DNA from: an uncultured Rubrivirga sp.
Lineage (GTDB): Bacteria; Actinomycetota; Actinomycetes; S36-B12
Direction of reading: 5' to 3'
Length of the DNA stretch: 64,000 nt
NCBI GenBank assembly: GCA_964385255.1
Contig: CAYLOH010000006.1
Span: forward strand, 9,368-73,367
The notes under the pieces were generated by a model. That model was not told where the DNA came from, ran no database searches, and worked only from the letters and a program-made list of their open reading frames with translations. The position numbers and the translations under genes are program-made. Shown in pieces: positions 27,344-37,181 of this stretch. Every line of letters starts with the position of its first letter. Position 1 is the stretch's first letter.

Positions 27344-28041
27344 GCCTGGACGCCCTTGCCGTGTGACAGCTGCTCAGCCAGTGTCGCGCGAACGATGGAC
27401 TCATCGACCGGATAGTGGATGTCGGTCAACGCGTCGATGAGCACCTGCGGATCTGCGGCCCATCGATCGTGCTCGATGAGCACTGCGCGGCCCGGCCCGA
27501 GAACCGATTGCAGGGTTCGCGTCGCCTCCTGCAGGTTGGCCACCGTGTGCCGCAGTGCACCGAGTGCGTCGGGGTGATCGCTCCACCAACCGCTCCTCGC
27601 TGCCGCCTGCGGGTCTCGAACGTTGACCAGGTAGCGCACTCCGGGAAGCAGCGTGTTCACGAACAACAGATGGTTCGCCAGCGCATCCGCATCGGAGATA
27701 TGCCCGACCTCGTAACGAACCTCCTTGAAGCCGATCCAGCGCGTGGATGGTTTGGGCCGCAACAGGAAGTCGATCACGTGTCGGCGCTGATCGGCTAGCA
27801 CCGCTCCCGGGTCCAGTCGAGCGGTCCCGAACCACGGATGGTTCGGCTTTCCGGCGTGATGGCGGTCCGCGGCGGCGGCGACCGATTCGACGTAGTCCTG
27901 GATGCCGCGAAGCGCGCCGTAGTTCTCGCCGCGGATGATCGTGTCCGGGTGCGCATTCAGCACCGCCTGCAGCGCCGTGCTGCCCGATCTGCCGAAGGTG
28001 ACGATCGTGAGGAAAGAGACCCCCGAGACGTTGACCGGCAC
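27340..28041 (-). CDS. Sulfotransferase family protein (P-loop, Stf0/Sulfotransfer_3-like)
   Basis: The N-terminal PAPS 5'-phosphosulfate-binding motif is VTFGRSGSTALQAVL. At 233 aa the size fits small-molecule sulfotransferases. Confidence 0.55.
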   Translation of the reverse strand: MPVNVSGVSFLTIVTFGRSGSTALQAVLNAHPDTIIRGENYGALRGIQDYVESVAAAADRHHAGKPNHPWFGTARLDPGAVLADQRRHVIDFLLRPKPSTRWIGFKEVRYEVGHISDADALANHLLFVNTLLPGVRYLVNVRDPQAAARSGWWSDHPDALGALRHTVANLQEATRTLQSVLGPGRAVLIEHDRWAADPQVLIDALTDIHYPVDESIVRATLAEQLSHGKGVQA

Positions 28042-28060
28042 TGCCGCAGCCTACGTCCGG

Positions 28061-28252
28061 TCATCGCAGGAAGGAGGGAACCTCCACAACGTCGCACACG
28101 GCCCGCCACACCGTCACGGTCTCGTCACCGCGCTCGAACGCCTGCTCGACGGTCACACCCAAAGTCGGGAGCACCACATCGCGCGACCACGACGGCGCGT
28201 AGTCGTCACCGAGAACAGCGGTGAGTCGTTCCCAGAAGTCGCTGCGGCGCAT
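28061..28252 (-). CDS. DUF3046 family small protein (Rv2738c-like)
   Basis: MRRSDFWERLTAVLGDDYAPSWSRDVVLPTLGVTVEQAF... (63 aa). A GGGAAGG Shine-Dalgarno lies 8 nt upstream of ATG 28252. Confidence 0.75.
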   Translation of the reverse strand: MRRSDFWERLTAVLGDDYAPSWSRDVVLPTLGVTVEQAFERGDETVTVWRAVCDVVEVPSFLR

Positions 28253-28346
28253 ACGGATCATCCTTCCCGAGGCAAGGGAAGGCGGCGCACTGGTCCCCGA
28301 GGAACGGATACGACCCCGCCAGTGGCGGAGGCGTTCGGCGAACCAA

Positions 28347-28661
28347 CTACGAGAGCCCGCGGCGAGCGGCCAGGCCACCGGCCAACACCATGTCCGGCAA
28401 CCGGGTGGTGGGGGCGGTGTGCTGAAGTTCGCGCTGCGCCATCTCGGTGCTGACCGAGCCGAGCAACTCCGAAAGCGAGATATCCAAGGCATCGCAGATG
28501 GCGGCGAGTAACTCAGAGGAGGCTTCCTTGTGCCCGCGTTCCACTTCGGACAGGTAGCCCAGCGACACGGCCGCGGCGCCGGAGACCTCACGCAGCGTGC
28601 GACCTTGGTCTTGGCGACGACGTCGGAGCTCTTCGCCGATGACTTCTCGCATGACGATCAT
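28347..28661 (-). CDS. clgR: Clp gene regulator ClgR (XRE-family HTH)
   Basis: [60 protein letters not shown] is near-collinear with mycobacterial ClgR. AAGGAGG lies 8 nt upstream of ATG 28661. Confidence 0.85.
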   Translation of the reverse strand: MIVMREVIGEELRRRRQDQGRTLREVSGAAAVSLGYLSEVERGHKEASSELLAAICDALDISLSELLGSVSTEMAQRELQHTAPTTRLPDMVLAGGLAARRGLS

Positions 28662-28750
28662 GGTCCGTGCCTCCTTACCCGTCCAAGGACTCCCGTGAGC
28701 CTCCACCATAACGCGCCTGACAGCCTGCGCACCCGGTGGCTACAGGGGAC

Positions 28751-28776
28751 AACGTCGTCACCTGACCGTTTATTCC
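28751..28776 (-). promoter_or_regulatory. Candidate ECF (SigE/SigH-type) promoter for clgR
   Basis: The minus strand reads GGAAT-N17-CGTT (the -35 element at 28776-28772 and the -10 element at 28754-28751), about 90 nt upstream of the clgR ATG. Confidence 0.35.
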
Positions 28777-28821
28777 CGATCCCGCCGATGAACGGCAATC
28801 CCCGCCGCAAGGATCGTGACG

Positions 28822-29313
28822 TCAGCGGGCCTGCAGCGCCGCCCAGACTTCCTCCAGCGCGACCCGGGTGGCCTCGGCGCGCACCTGTGCCCGGTCACCG
28901 GACGCGTGGATCCCTCGCGCGCGGACCGTTCCGGCCTCGCCCGGACCCCCATGCACCCACACCCCGACCCACACGGTTCCCGCCGGGGCCCCATCGTGGC
29001 CGGTCGGGCCAGCGGCGCCGGTGGTTCCCACGCCCACCCGAGCGCCGAGGGTTCGCGCAGCGCCCCGCGCCAACTCCACGGCGACCTGCTCGCTCACCAC
29101 GCCGTGGGCTATCGCCTGGGCACTGACACCCAGGACCGACTCCTTGACGTCGGCGTGGTACGCGATCACCCCTCCGCGCAGGACGTCCGAGCATCCGGGC
29201 ACCTCGGCCAATGACGAAGCGACCAGACCCGCGGTGAGCGATTCACCGGTCGCGATCGTCCAACTGCGCGAGCGCAGCACGTCGACGATGCGTTCGGCTA
29301 GTTCAGTGACCAC
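28822..29313 (-). CDS. cinA: CinA C-terminal domain protein / nicotinamide-nucleotide amidohydrolase PncC
   Basis: 163 aa with ATGESLTAGLV and GGVIAYHADVK. It overlaps the pgsA 3' end by 11 nt. Confidence 0.85.
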   Translation of the reverse strand: MVTELAERIVDVLRSRSWTIATGESLTAGLVASSLAEVPGCSDVLRGGVIAYHADVKESVLGVSAQAIAHGVVSEQVAVELARGAARTLGARVGVGTTGAAGPTGHDGAPAGTVWVGVWVHGGPGEAGTVRARGIHASGDRAQVRAEATRVALEEVWAALQAR

Positions 29314-29857
29314 CGGAACCTCGCAACGACGCTTGACGCAAGCGAAACACGCGGACCACGTAGTCCACGCCGGTGACGACGGTCAAGACAAGGGCAATGC
29401 CCATGACCACGGACGCGATGGACGTCCACCACGGTGGACCGACGGCGAGAAACATGGCGATGGCGACGATCTGCGCCACCGTCTTGATCTTGCCCCCGCG
29501 CGATGCGGGAACAACCGCGTAGCGAAGCGCCCACAGTCGCAGCGCCGTCACGCCAAATTCGCGAACCAGGATGACGATGGTGACCCACCAGGGCACTTCA
29601 CCCAGGGCCGAGAGCCCGACCAGCGCGACGGTGATAAGCGCCTTGTCCGCTATCGGATCCATCAGCGCGCCGAAGTCGCTGGTGATTCCGCGACGTCGGG
29701 CTATCGCCCCGTCGACGAAGTCGGTCACCGCGGCCACGACGAACAGCGCCGCGGCGAGGTCGCGGGTGAGCGTCGTCTGCATGAACAACAGCGCACCGAT
29801 CACCGGTACGGCCACCAAGCGGGCCAAGGTCAGTGTGTTCGGCAGGTTCCACGACAT
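29303..29857 (-). CDS. pgsA: CDP-diacylglycerol--glycerol-3-phosphate 3-phosphatidyltransferase
   Basis: ATG 29857 (MSWNLPNTLTLARL...). The CDP-alcohol phosphatidyltransferase motif is DFVDGAIARRRGITSDFGALMDPIADK. Confidence 0.9.
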   Translation of the reverse strand: MSWNLPNTLTLARLVAVPVIGALLFMQTTLTRDLAAALFVVAAVTDFVDGAIARRRGITSDFGALMDPIADKALITVALVGLSALGEVPWWVTIVILVREFGVTALRLWALRYAVVPASRGGKIKTVAQIVAIAMFLAVGPPWWTSIASVVMGIALVLTVVTGVDYVVRVFRLRQASLRGSGGH

Positions 29858-29867
29858 GCGCACGCGT

Positions 29868-31253
29868 CTACGCCCGTACCCACAGGTCGACACCTTCGGA
29901 TTCGACGACTTCACCGTCGATCCAGTCACCGACTGCCACGGCGTCCAGCACGTTGCGATCACCGACGATCGTGCACCAACCGTCGTCGGGCCCCTGGTGC
30001 GCGGCCCGTCCCACGGGACCCTCCTCCTCGATGGCCTCGATGAGCACCCGAACCCGCTGCCCCTTCCGATCGGCGGCGCGCTGGGCCATCAGTTCCTCGA
30101 CGAGATCGGCGATGCGCGCGCGCCGTCGTTCGATCTCCGGCTCGTCTACCTTGTCCGTCAACGTCGCCGCTTCGGTGCCCTCTTCGTCGGAGTAGGCGAA
30201 CACACCCACCGCGTCCAGTCTCGCTGCCTCCAAGAACACCGCGAGTTCGTCGACGTCCTCGTCGGTTTCCCCCGGGAAACCGACGATCACGTTGCTCCGC
30301 ACGCCGGCATCCGGCGCGAGGGCGCGAATCGACTCGATCAACTCCAAGAAGTCCTCGGTGCCGCCGAATCGACGCATCGACCGCAACACCCGCGGGCTTG
30401 CGTGTTGGAAACTCAGATCGAAGTAGTCCGCCACCGCGGCCGTCCCGACGATCGAGGCGATCAGGCCCGGACGCATCTCCGCCGGCTGCAGATACGACAG
30501 CCGAATGCGTTCGACCCCGGTACCGGTGGCCAGGTCCGGCAACACGGTCTCCAGCAGCCGCATGTCGCCCAGATCCTTGCCGTACGAGGTGGTGTTCTCC
30601 GACACCAGGATGACCTCGCGAACACCGCCGGCAACCAACTCTCCGATCTCGGAGGTGATCTCCGCTGGGGTGCGGGAGACGAACGAACCTCGGAACCTGG
30701 GGATCGCACAAAACGAGCAACGTCGATCGCACCCGGTAGCCAGTTTGACGCTCGCGACCGGTCCTGAAGCCAAACGGATGCGGGGAACCGGTGGCGTCCA
30801 GCCGCGCGGACTCCGATCGACCGGCGCGATAGGCAGGAGCGTGCGTCGATCCACCGGTGCATGCGAGGGCAGTTCCTCACCCGCGAGAACGGCATCGAGA
30901 CGGTCGGCGATGTGCGGATAGGAGTCGAAACCCAAGACGGCGCGTGCTTCCGGCAGCGCGGAGGCGAGTTCGTTGCCGTACCGCTCGGCCAGGCAGCCGA
31001 CCGCGACGACCGGCGCGGACCCGTGGGATGCCGCCAAGACGGTGTCGATCGACTCCTTCTTGGCGGCTTCGATGAATCCGCAGGTGTTGACCAGGACGGC
31101 GTCGGCGTCGTCTGCGTCATCGACCAACCGCCACCCTTGAGAGTGCAGCCGACCGGCGAGTTCCTCGGAGTCCACCTCGTTGCGCGCGCACCCCAAGGTG
31201 ACGATCGCGACCTTCTTGGCGGCGAGCTCGCCACCTGCTGGTGATCCGGACAC
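29868..31253 (-). CDS. rimO: Ribosomal protein S12 methylthiotransferase
   Basis: [23 protein letters not shown], radical-SAM CDRRCSFC, and a TRAM C-terminus. Confidence 0.9.
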   Translation of the reverse strand: MSGSPAGGELAAKKVAIVTLGCARNEVDSEELAGRLHSQGWRLVDDADDADAVLVNTCGFIEAAKKESIDTVLAASHGSAPVVAVGCLAERYGNELASALPEARAVLGFDSYPHIADRLDAVLAGEELPSHAPVDRRTLLPIAPVDRSPRGWTPPVPRIRLASGPVASVKLATGCDRRCSFCAIPRFRGSFVSRTPAEITSEIGELVAGGVREVILVSENTTSYGKDLGDMRLLETVLPDLATGTGVERIRLSYLQPAEMRPGLIASIVGTAAVADYFDLSFQHASPRVLRSMRRFGGTEDFLELIESIRALAPDAGVRSNVIVGFPGETDEDVDELAVFLEAARLDAVGVFAYSDEEGTEAATLTDKVDEPEIERRRARIADLVEELMAQRAADRKGQRVRVLIEAIEEEGPVGRAAHQGPDDGWCTIVGDRNVLDAVAVGDWIDGEVVESEGVDLWVRA

Positions 31254-31281
31254 GCACCGAGCCTACGGAGTACCACCCCTG

Positions 31282-31503
31282 TCAGCGGCCCTGGTACTCC
31301 TCGACCAATTCGTCGCCGTCGAGACCGACGACGTCGGCGATCATCCGTAGGTGGCCGATCACGTAGGCCTCACCGCCGGACACCGAGTAGTCGTCATCCT
31401 CGATCGCCTCGATGATGAGCGCCCGCAACTTCGTCGCCTCGGCGACGTCCTCGATGCTCAGCCCACGCGCCATCCGGGCCGCGGCTATCCGCTCACCGAC
31501 CAT
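31282..31503 (-). CDS. Small helix-turn-helix protein (RodZ-N/HTH_25-like)
   Basis: ATG 31503. The sequence is MVGERIAAARMARGLSIEDVAEATKLRALIIEAIEDDDY... (73 aa). It sits directly downstream of ftsK. Confidence 0.65.
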   Translation of the reverse strand: MVGERIAAARMARGLSIEDVAEATKLRALIIEAIEDDDYSVSGGEAYVIGHLRMIADVVGLDGDELVEEYQGR

Positions 31504-31627
31504 ACGCCCACTCTGCCTCGGGTAGCGAAACTCGAATTCGCTTGGAGGCGAGGGTCCCACCGATCGGGGGATGACACAAGTACTTCGCACCACGATGGCG
31601 ATAACGCCGCGTCACCAGACAGCCTGT

Positions 31628-34441
31628 TCAGCCGCCGCGGATGCTGGTCAGCACCGCGGGGAGGTCGTCCACCGTGACGAGCACCTCGCGGGCCTTGGAG
31701 CCTTCACTGGGACCCACGACGCCACGCGATTCCATGAGGTCCATCAATCGCCCCGCCTTCGCGAACCCCACCCGCAACTTGCGTTGCAGCATCGACGTTG
31801 AACCGAACTGCGTGCTGACGACCAGTTCGACGGCTTGCATCAAGACGTCGAGGTCGTCGCCGATGTCCTCGTCGATCTCCTTCTTGGCTGCGGCCGGGGA
31901 GGTGACCTCGGTGAGGTAGCGGGCCTGCGCCTGGTCCTTGCAGTGTTGGACGATGCCGCGGATCTCCTTCTCGGCGACGAAGGCGCCTTGGATCCGTACC
32001 GGCTTGTTCGCACCCATCGGCAGGAACAATCCGTCCCCTTGCCCCACGAGCTTCTCCGCCCCGGGCTGATCCAAGATGACCCGCGAATCGGCGAGGCTCG
32101 ATGTAGCGAAGGCGAGCCGCGACGGCACGTTGGCTTTGATCAGACCCGTCACCACATCCACGCTCGGACGCTGCGTGGCCAGCACCAGGTGGATGCCGGC
32201 AGCACGGGCCAGCTGGGTGATGCGCACGATCGAATCCTCGACGTCGCGCGGAGCGACCATCATCAAGTCCGCGAGCTCGTCGACTATGACGAGCAGGTAC
32301 GGGTAGGGGCGAAGCACACGCTGGCTTCCGACGGGCGGGGCGACCTTGCCCGCACGGACCGCCGCGTTGAAGTCGTCCACATGACGGAATCCGAAGTGCG
32401 CGAGGTCGTCGTACCGCTTGTCCATCTCCGCCACGACCCACTGCAACGCGTCGGCGGCCTTCTTCGGATTGGTGATGATCGGCGTGATGAGGTGCGGCAC
32501 CCCTTCGTAGATGCTCAACTCCACGCGCTTGGGATCCACCAGGATCATCCGGACTTCATCGGGTGTGGCGCGCATCAGGATCGAGGTGATGAGGGAGTTG
32601 ATGCAACTGGACTTACCCGCTCCGGTGGCGCCGGCGACGAGGATGTGCGGCATCTTCGCGAGGTTCGCCACGACGAACTCACCCTCGACGTCCTTGCCCA
32701 GTGCCACGACCATCGGGTGCTGATCTGCGGCAGCGGAGGAACTGCGCAAAACGTCGCCGACGGCAACCAACTCACGGTCGGTGTTGGGAATCTCGATACC
32801 GATCGCCTTCTTCCCGGGGATCGGACTCAAGATCCGTACGTCGGCGCTCGCCACTGCATAGGCGATGTTCTTGCTCAGCGCGGTTACCCGCTCGACCTTG
32901 ACGCTCGGACCTAGTTCGATCTCGTAACGGGTGACCGTCGGCCCGCGCAGGAAGCCAGCGACCACCGCGTCGATACCGAATTGGTCGAGAACTTCTCGCA
33001 GCGCCTTGACCACCTGATCATTCGCCGGCGTCGACTTCTTGTGGCTGGCCCCCGCCTTGAGCAACTCCGCCTTGGGCAGGTGGTAGCGCCCGGTCGCCAT
33101 CACCGGCAGTTGGGTGGGTGAACCCTCCGGGATGGGATCGATCGACGGTTCCTTCTTCTCCCCAGTGGTCGCGGGTACTGCGGCCATCGTGATGGTGTCA
33201 TCGTCCTGGGAACCGCCCGAAGCGCTCGTCCCACCGCTGGGGATAGCCGGGATCGCCATGGTGTCGTCATCGGGTCCGGTCACGGCTGCGATCACGTCGG
33301 TCGGCTGGTCGTCATCGAGAATCGCCGCCGGCACCAGCAATCCGGCGGCGGGTCGCTCCTCGTCGATCGCCAGCGGGGTCGCGAACGGTTCGTCGCCGAC
33401 CAACGGTGCGTCGCGCAGGACGTCGGCGTCGCGCAGATCGGGCAATCCGGTCCTGGAGTCCACGACCGGCGCATCCATGAGGTCCTGACCATGCCCGGGA
33501 AGGACGAGGGGTTCGTCGGATTCCTCGAGCGACTCCTGTGCGTCGAGTTCGCGCGGATCCGGTGGCACCAACAACGTTGCGGCCCCGCGTAGCGAACGCC
33601 ACCACCCCACCACACTGCGCCGAAGTGCTTGCACCGACGTTCCGGTGACCACCAAAAGTCCGAAGAAGACGACTATCCCCAGGACGATTCCGCTGACTAT
33701 CGGTCCGACGGCGGCCACCACGGGTGCGGTGCCTATCCACCCGATCACACCACCGGCTGCGTCCATCGCTTGCCCACCGCTGGACGGGGTGGGGTGACCA
33801 CGCGTCAGGTGCCAGATACCGACGGCGCCCACCAAGACCGCGCCGGCTCCGATGACCAAACGTCCGGTCGTGGCGTTTTGGTCCGGATGACGCAAGTAGC
33901 GCCAGGCCAGAGCGACCAAACACACCGGCGCGATCCATGCGAGCGCACCGAGGAACGTGGTCGAGATCGCCCCGGCCCAGTCGATGAACCAACCGTTCAC
34001 CTGGAACCAGGTTGCGGCCGCCACGATCACCGCGGCGGCGAGTAGTCCCAGACCGAGCCCGTCGCGGCGGTGTTCGGGGTCGAGGTCGCGAGCTCCACGG
34101 CCGATGCCTCGCGCCAGCGTTCCCAGCACCAGTGCCAGGGCGGTCCACGCCGCCAGGAGTCCACGCCCCGCGCCGGTGATGACGCGGCCGAGGAAGCCAC
34201 CCCCGGCCGATCCGCGCTTGGCAGACCGAGGGGACCGGCGGGCGGGGGCCCGCTTGGGGGCCCGACGGGAAGATCTCTGGGGGGAACGCGTCGACGAGGG
34301 CCCGCGGCCACCGCGCGATGCGGGCGTGCGGGACTGAGGCCGCGAGGACCGGGAGCCGCTTGCCGAGCGCGCACGGGACGTACGTGGGGAAGCGGACGTA
34401 CGAGACGCCATGGCCCGCAGGCTACCGGGCATTTCACTCAA
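31628..34441 (-). CDS. ftsK: DNA translocase FtsK
   Basis: Arg/Ser-rich N-terminus, 4 TM helices, a Pro-rich linker, a motor domain (GATGAGKS, VIVDELADLMM) and a gamma domain (LVVSTQFGSTSMLQRKLRVGFAKAGRLMDLME). Start options are TTG 34441, ATG 34432 and ATG 34411. Confidence 0.92.
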   Translation of the reverse strand: MSEMPGSLRAMASRTSASPRTSRARSASGSRSSRPQSRTPASRGGRGPSSTRSPQRSSRRAPKRAPARRSPRSAKRGSAGGGFLGRVITGAGRGLLAAWTALALVLGTLARGIGRGARDLDPEHRRDGLGLGLLAAAVIVAAATWFQVNGWFIDWAGAISTTFLGALAWIAPVCLVALAWRYLRHPDQNATTGRLVIGAGAVLVGAVGIWHLTRGHPTPSSGGQAMDAAGGVIGWIGTAPVVAAVGPIVSGIVLGIVVFFGLLVVTGTSVQALRRSVVGWWRSLRGAATLLVPPDPRELDAQESLEESDEPLVLPGHGQDLMDAPVVDSRTGLPDLRDADVLRDAPLVGDEPFATPLAIDEERPAAGLLVPAAILDDDQPTDVIAAVTGPDDDTMAIPAIPSGGTSASGGSQDDDTITMAAVPATTGEKKEPSIDPIPEGSPTQLPVMATGRYHLPKAELLKAGASHKKSTPANDQVVKALREVLDQFGIDAVVAGFLRGPTVTRYEIELGPSVKVERVTALSKNIAYAVASADVRILSPIPGKKAIGIEIPNTDRELVAVGDVLRSSSAAADQHPMVVALGKDVEGEFVVANLAKMPHILVAGATGAGKSSCINSLITSILMRATPDEVRMILVDPKRVELSIYEGVPHLITPIITNPKKAADALQWVVAEMDKRYDDLAHFGFRHVDDFNAAVRAGKVAPPVGSQRVLRPYPYLLVIVDELADLMMVAPRDVEDSIVRITQLARAAGIHLVLATQRPSVDVVTGLIKANVPSRLAFATSSLADSRVILDQPGAEKLVGQGDGLFLPMGANKPVRIQGAFVAEKEIRGIVQHCKDQAQARYLTEVTSPAAAKKEIDEDIGDDLDVLMQAVELVVSTQFGSTSMLQRKLRVGFAKAGRLMDLMESRGVVGPSEGSKAREVLVTVDDLPAVLTSIRGG

Positions 34442-34540
34442 AACACTGCAGTCACACGCGCAACACCCCTTACCTGTTGCGCCGTCACCTGCGCGCCACC
34501 GTCGCTCCGGTATCCCCCGCGACGGTGAGGGAAAGAGGGG

Positions 34541-36226
34541 TTATGCCTCGACGACCACGGGCACGATCATCGGGCGCCGGCGGTGTGTGGCGTTGACCCA
34601 CTTGCCCACCACCCGGCGCATCCGCTGCTGCAGGTCGTGGACGTCGTCGATCCCATCTGCCAGGGCCCGCTCCAATGCGACCTTCACCTGCGCGGTGACG
34701 TCGTCAATGCCCTCGGCGAGTACCTCCTCGCCGAACCCGCGTTCGTGGATCTCCGGCCCGGCCACCACGGTTCCGGCGACGGTGTCCACCACCGCCACGA
34801 TCGAGATGAAGCCCTCCTCGCCGAGCACCCGACGGTCCTTGAGGGATGCCTCGGTGAGGTCCCCCACGCTGGAGCCATCCACGTACACGAAACCGACCGG
34901 CGTGTATCCACTGATCACCGCACGGTGATCATGCAGATCGACGCTGACGCCGTCGTCGATCAGCAGGATGCGCCGTGGGTCGATACCCACACTCTCGGCA
35001 ACCCGAGCGTTGGCCACCAAGTGACGCCACTCTCCGTGCACGGGGATGACGTAACGAGGCTTGACGATGTTGTAGACGAAACGCAATTCACCGGCCGATG
35101 CATGCCCGGAGACATGGACGAGGGCGTTGCCCTTGTGCACCACGGCCGCACCGAGTCGGGTCAGTCCGTTGATGACTCGGTTGACGGCCGTCTCGTTCCC
35201 TGGGATCAACGACGACGCCAGGACGACCGTGTCCGAGGGACCGACGGAGATGGCGTGATCGCGATTGGCGATCCTTGACAGAACGGCCATGGGTTCGCCC
35301 TGGGACCCGGTGCAGATCAACACCGCACGGTCGTCGGGTAGCTCGCCGAGATCCTCGGCGCTGACCAGCGTGCCCTCGGGTATCGACAGATAACCCAGGT
35401 CCCGGGCGATGTGCATGTTGCGCACCATGGATCGACCGACGAAAGCGACCTTGCGTTTGTGTGATACCGCCATGTTGATGATCTGCTGGATGCGATGAAC
35501 GTGCGAGGCGAACGAGGCGACGATCACTCGACCGCGTGCTTTGCTGAATACCGAATCGAGAACCGGCATGATGTCACGTTCACTGGGGATGAAGCCGGGC
35601 ACTTCGGCATTGGTGGAATCCACCATCAATATGTCCACGCCTTCGTCGCCTAGGCGCGCGAAGCCGTTCAGATCCGTCACTCGACCGTCGAGTGGAAGTT
35701 GGTCGACCTTGAAATCACCGGTGTGCAAGATCGTCCCCGCGCTCGTGCGTATCGCAACCGCCATCGCATCCGGGATCGAGTGATTCACTGCCAGGAACTC
35801 CAGGCCGAACGGACCGACCGAGACTCGTTGCCCATCGGTTACCTCGTGCAACGAGGCCGTGATGCGGTGTTCGGTGAGTTTGGCCTGCAAGAAGGCCAAG
35901 GTGAGCTTGCTTCCGAAAACGGGGATCTGCGGACGCAAGCGCAGGAGGTACGGGACGGCTCCGATGTGGTCCTCGTGTCCGTGCGTCAAGACGATGCCCG
36001 CAACGTCGTCTAGACGCTCCGCGATCGGTGTGAAATCGGGCAGGATCAGGTCAACTCCCGGCTGAGACTCCTCGGGGAACAGCACGCCGCAGTCGACGAC
36101 GAGTAACTCGTTGTCCAACTCGAACACGGCCATATTGCGGCCGATCTCACCAAGGCCACCGATCGGCAGGATGCGCACCGTCCCCGGCGCTAGCGCGGGT
36201 GCGGCGGGTACGTCCTCGTGATGCAC
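34541..36226 (-). CDS. rnj: Ribonuclease J
   Basis: GTG 36226 shares one nucleotide with the dapA stop (TAGTG). It has the metallo-beta-lactamase motif THGHEDHIG and a beta-CASP domain. Confidence 0.9.
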   Translation of the reverse strand: MHHEDVPAAPALAPGTVRILPIGGLGEIGRNMAVFELDNELLVVDCGVLFPEESQPGVDLILPDFTPIAERLDDVAGIVLTHGHEDHIGAVPYLLRLRPQIPVFGSKLTLAFLQAKLTEHRITASLHEVTDGQRVSVGPFGLEFLAVNHSIPDAMAVAIRTSAGTILHTGDFKVDQLPLDGRVTDLNGFARLGDEGVDILMVDSTNAEVPGFIPSERDIMPVLDSVFSKARGRVIVASFASHVHRIQQIINMAVSHKRKVAFVGRSMVRNMHIARDLGYLSIPEGTLVSAEDLGELPDDRAVLICTGSQGEPMAVLSRIANRDHAISVGPSDTVVLASSLIPGNETAVNRVINGLTRLGAAVVHKGNALVHVSGHASAGELRFVYNIVKPRYVIPVHGEWRHLVANARVAESVGIDPRRILLIDDGVSVDLHDHRAVISGYTPVGFVYVDGSSVGDLTEASLKDRRVLGEEGFISIVAVVDTVAGTVVAGPEIHERGFGEEVLAEGIDDVTAQVKVALERALADGIDDVHDLQQRMRRVVGKWVNATHRRRPMIVPVVVEA

Positions 36227-37167
36227 TAGTTCACGCCACCGAAGCCACGCACTCCGGCGAGGTCGATGCGCAGCTGCTCCTGCTGTTCGGCCGTTGCGTC
36301 GACCAACGGGAGTCGGACCGGTCCGGCCGGCAGACCCTGCATCCGCAATGCAGCCTTGGTCAAGATCACGCCCTGCGTGCGGAAGATGCCGGTGTACACG
36401 GGGAGCAACTCGGCGTTGATGTCTCGAGCCGTTGCGACATCGCCCGACCACAGCGCATGAGCCATGGCCTTCAATCGATCACCGACCACGTGTCCGACCA
36501 CCGAGATCATCCCCGAGGCCCCGAGGACGAGCATCGGAAGATTCAAGATGTCGTCACCGCAGTACCAGCCGATGTCCGTGCGCGCCATCGCCCACTGCGT
36601 TGCGTCCAGGTCGCCCTTGGCGTCCTTGTTCGCGACAACGCGGGGATGTTCGGCAATGCGTACCAGCGTCTCCGTCTCGATCGCCACCCCGGTTCGCTTG
36701 GGAATGTCGTAGGTCAACAGCGGTAGTTCGGTGGCGTCGGCGATCGCGTGGAAATGCGCCACCAAGCCCGCCTGCGGTGGCCGGTTGTAGTAGGGGGCGA
36801 CCGCCATGAGTGCGTGAGCGCCTGCCTGGGCCGCCGCCTTCGCGCTCTCGATGGAATGCGCGGTGTCGTTGGTGCCGACACCGGCAACCACGCACGCTCG
36901 ATCGCCCACCGCCTGCACGACCGCGCGCACCAGCTCCCTGTCCTCCGCGTCGGTCTTGGTGGCCGACTCCCCCGTGGTGCCGTTGACCACAAGTCCGTCG
37001 TGTCCGAGTTCGTCGACCAAGTACGCGGCCAGCGCCTGCGCACCCTCGAGGTCTTGTGCACCATCGGCGGTGAACGGCGTGATCATCGCCGTCAGCATGG
37101 TGCCGAACGGAGCGGGGCGGGGGCTACCGGTCAATGCCTCCGTGGCCTCCGAGGTCGACATGCGCAT
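36226..37167 (-). CDS. dapA: 4-hydroxy-tetrahydrodipicolinate synthase
   Basis: 313 aa with GTTGES, PYYNRP and the active-site Lys region (VVANKDAKG). Confidence 0.93.
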   Translation of the reverse strand: MRMSTSEATEALTGSPRPAPFGTMLTAMITPFTADGAQDLEGAQALAAYLVDELGHDGLVVNGTTGESATKTDAEDRELVRAVVQAVGDRACVVAGVGTNDTAHSIESAKAAAQAGAHALMAVAPYYNRPPQAGLVAHFHAIADATELPLLTYDIPKRTGVAIETETLVRIAEHPRVVANKDAKGDLDATQWAMARTDIGWYCGDDILNLPMLVLGASGMISVVGHVVGDRLKAMAHALWSGDVATARDINAELLPVYTGIFRTQGVILTKAALRMQGLPAGPVRLPLVDATAEQQEQLRIDLAGVRGFGGVN

Positions 37168-37181
37168 CAGGCTAGCGCGGT

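Noticed and set aside
25926-27404. A 492-aa minus-strand ORF overlapping the MFS gene and the recA promoter.
   Set aside because: It is out of frame with a clean 12-TMS MFS translation and is extremely Arg-rich.
28868-30043. A 391-aa plus-strand ORF.
   Set aside because: It is antisense to cinA and pgsA, both of which have clear family motifs.
31524-31542. A palindrome, AGCGAA-N7-TTCGCT, upstream of the small HTH gene. It was considered as a ClgR-type (CGC-N5-GCG) operator.
   Set aside because: Its spacing and flanks do not fit the ClgR consensus. The arms are short (6 bp), so it could be chance.
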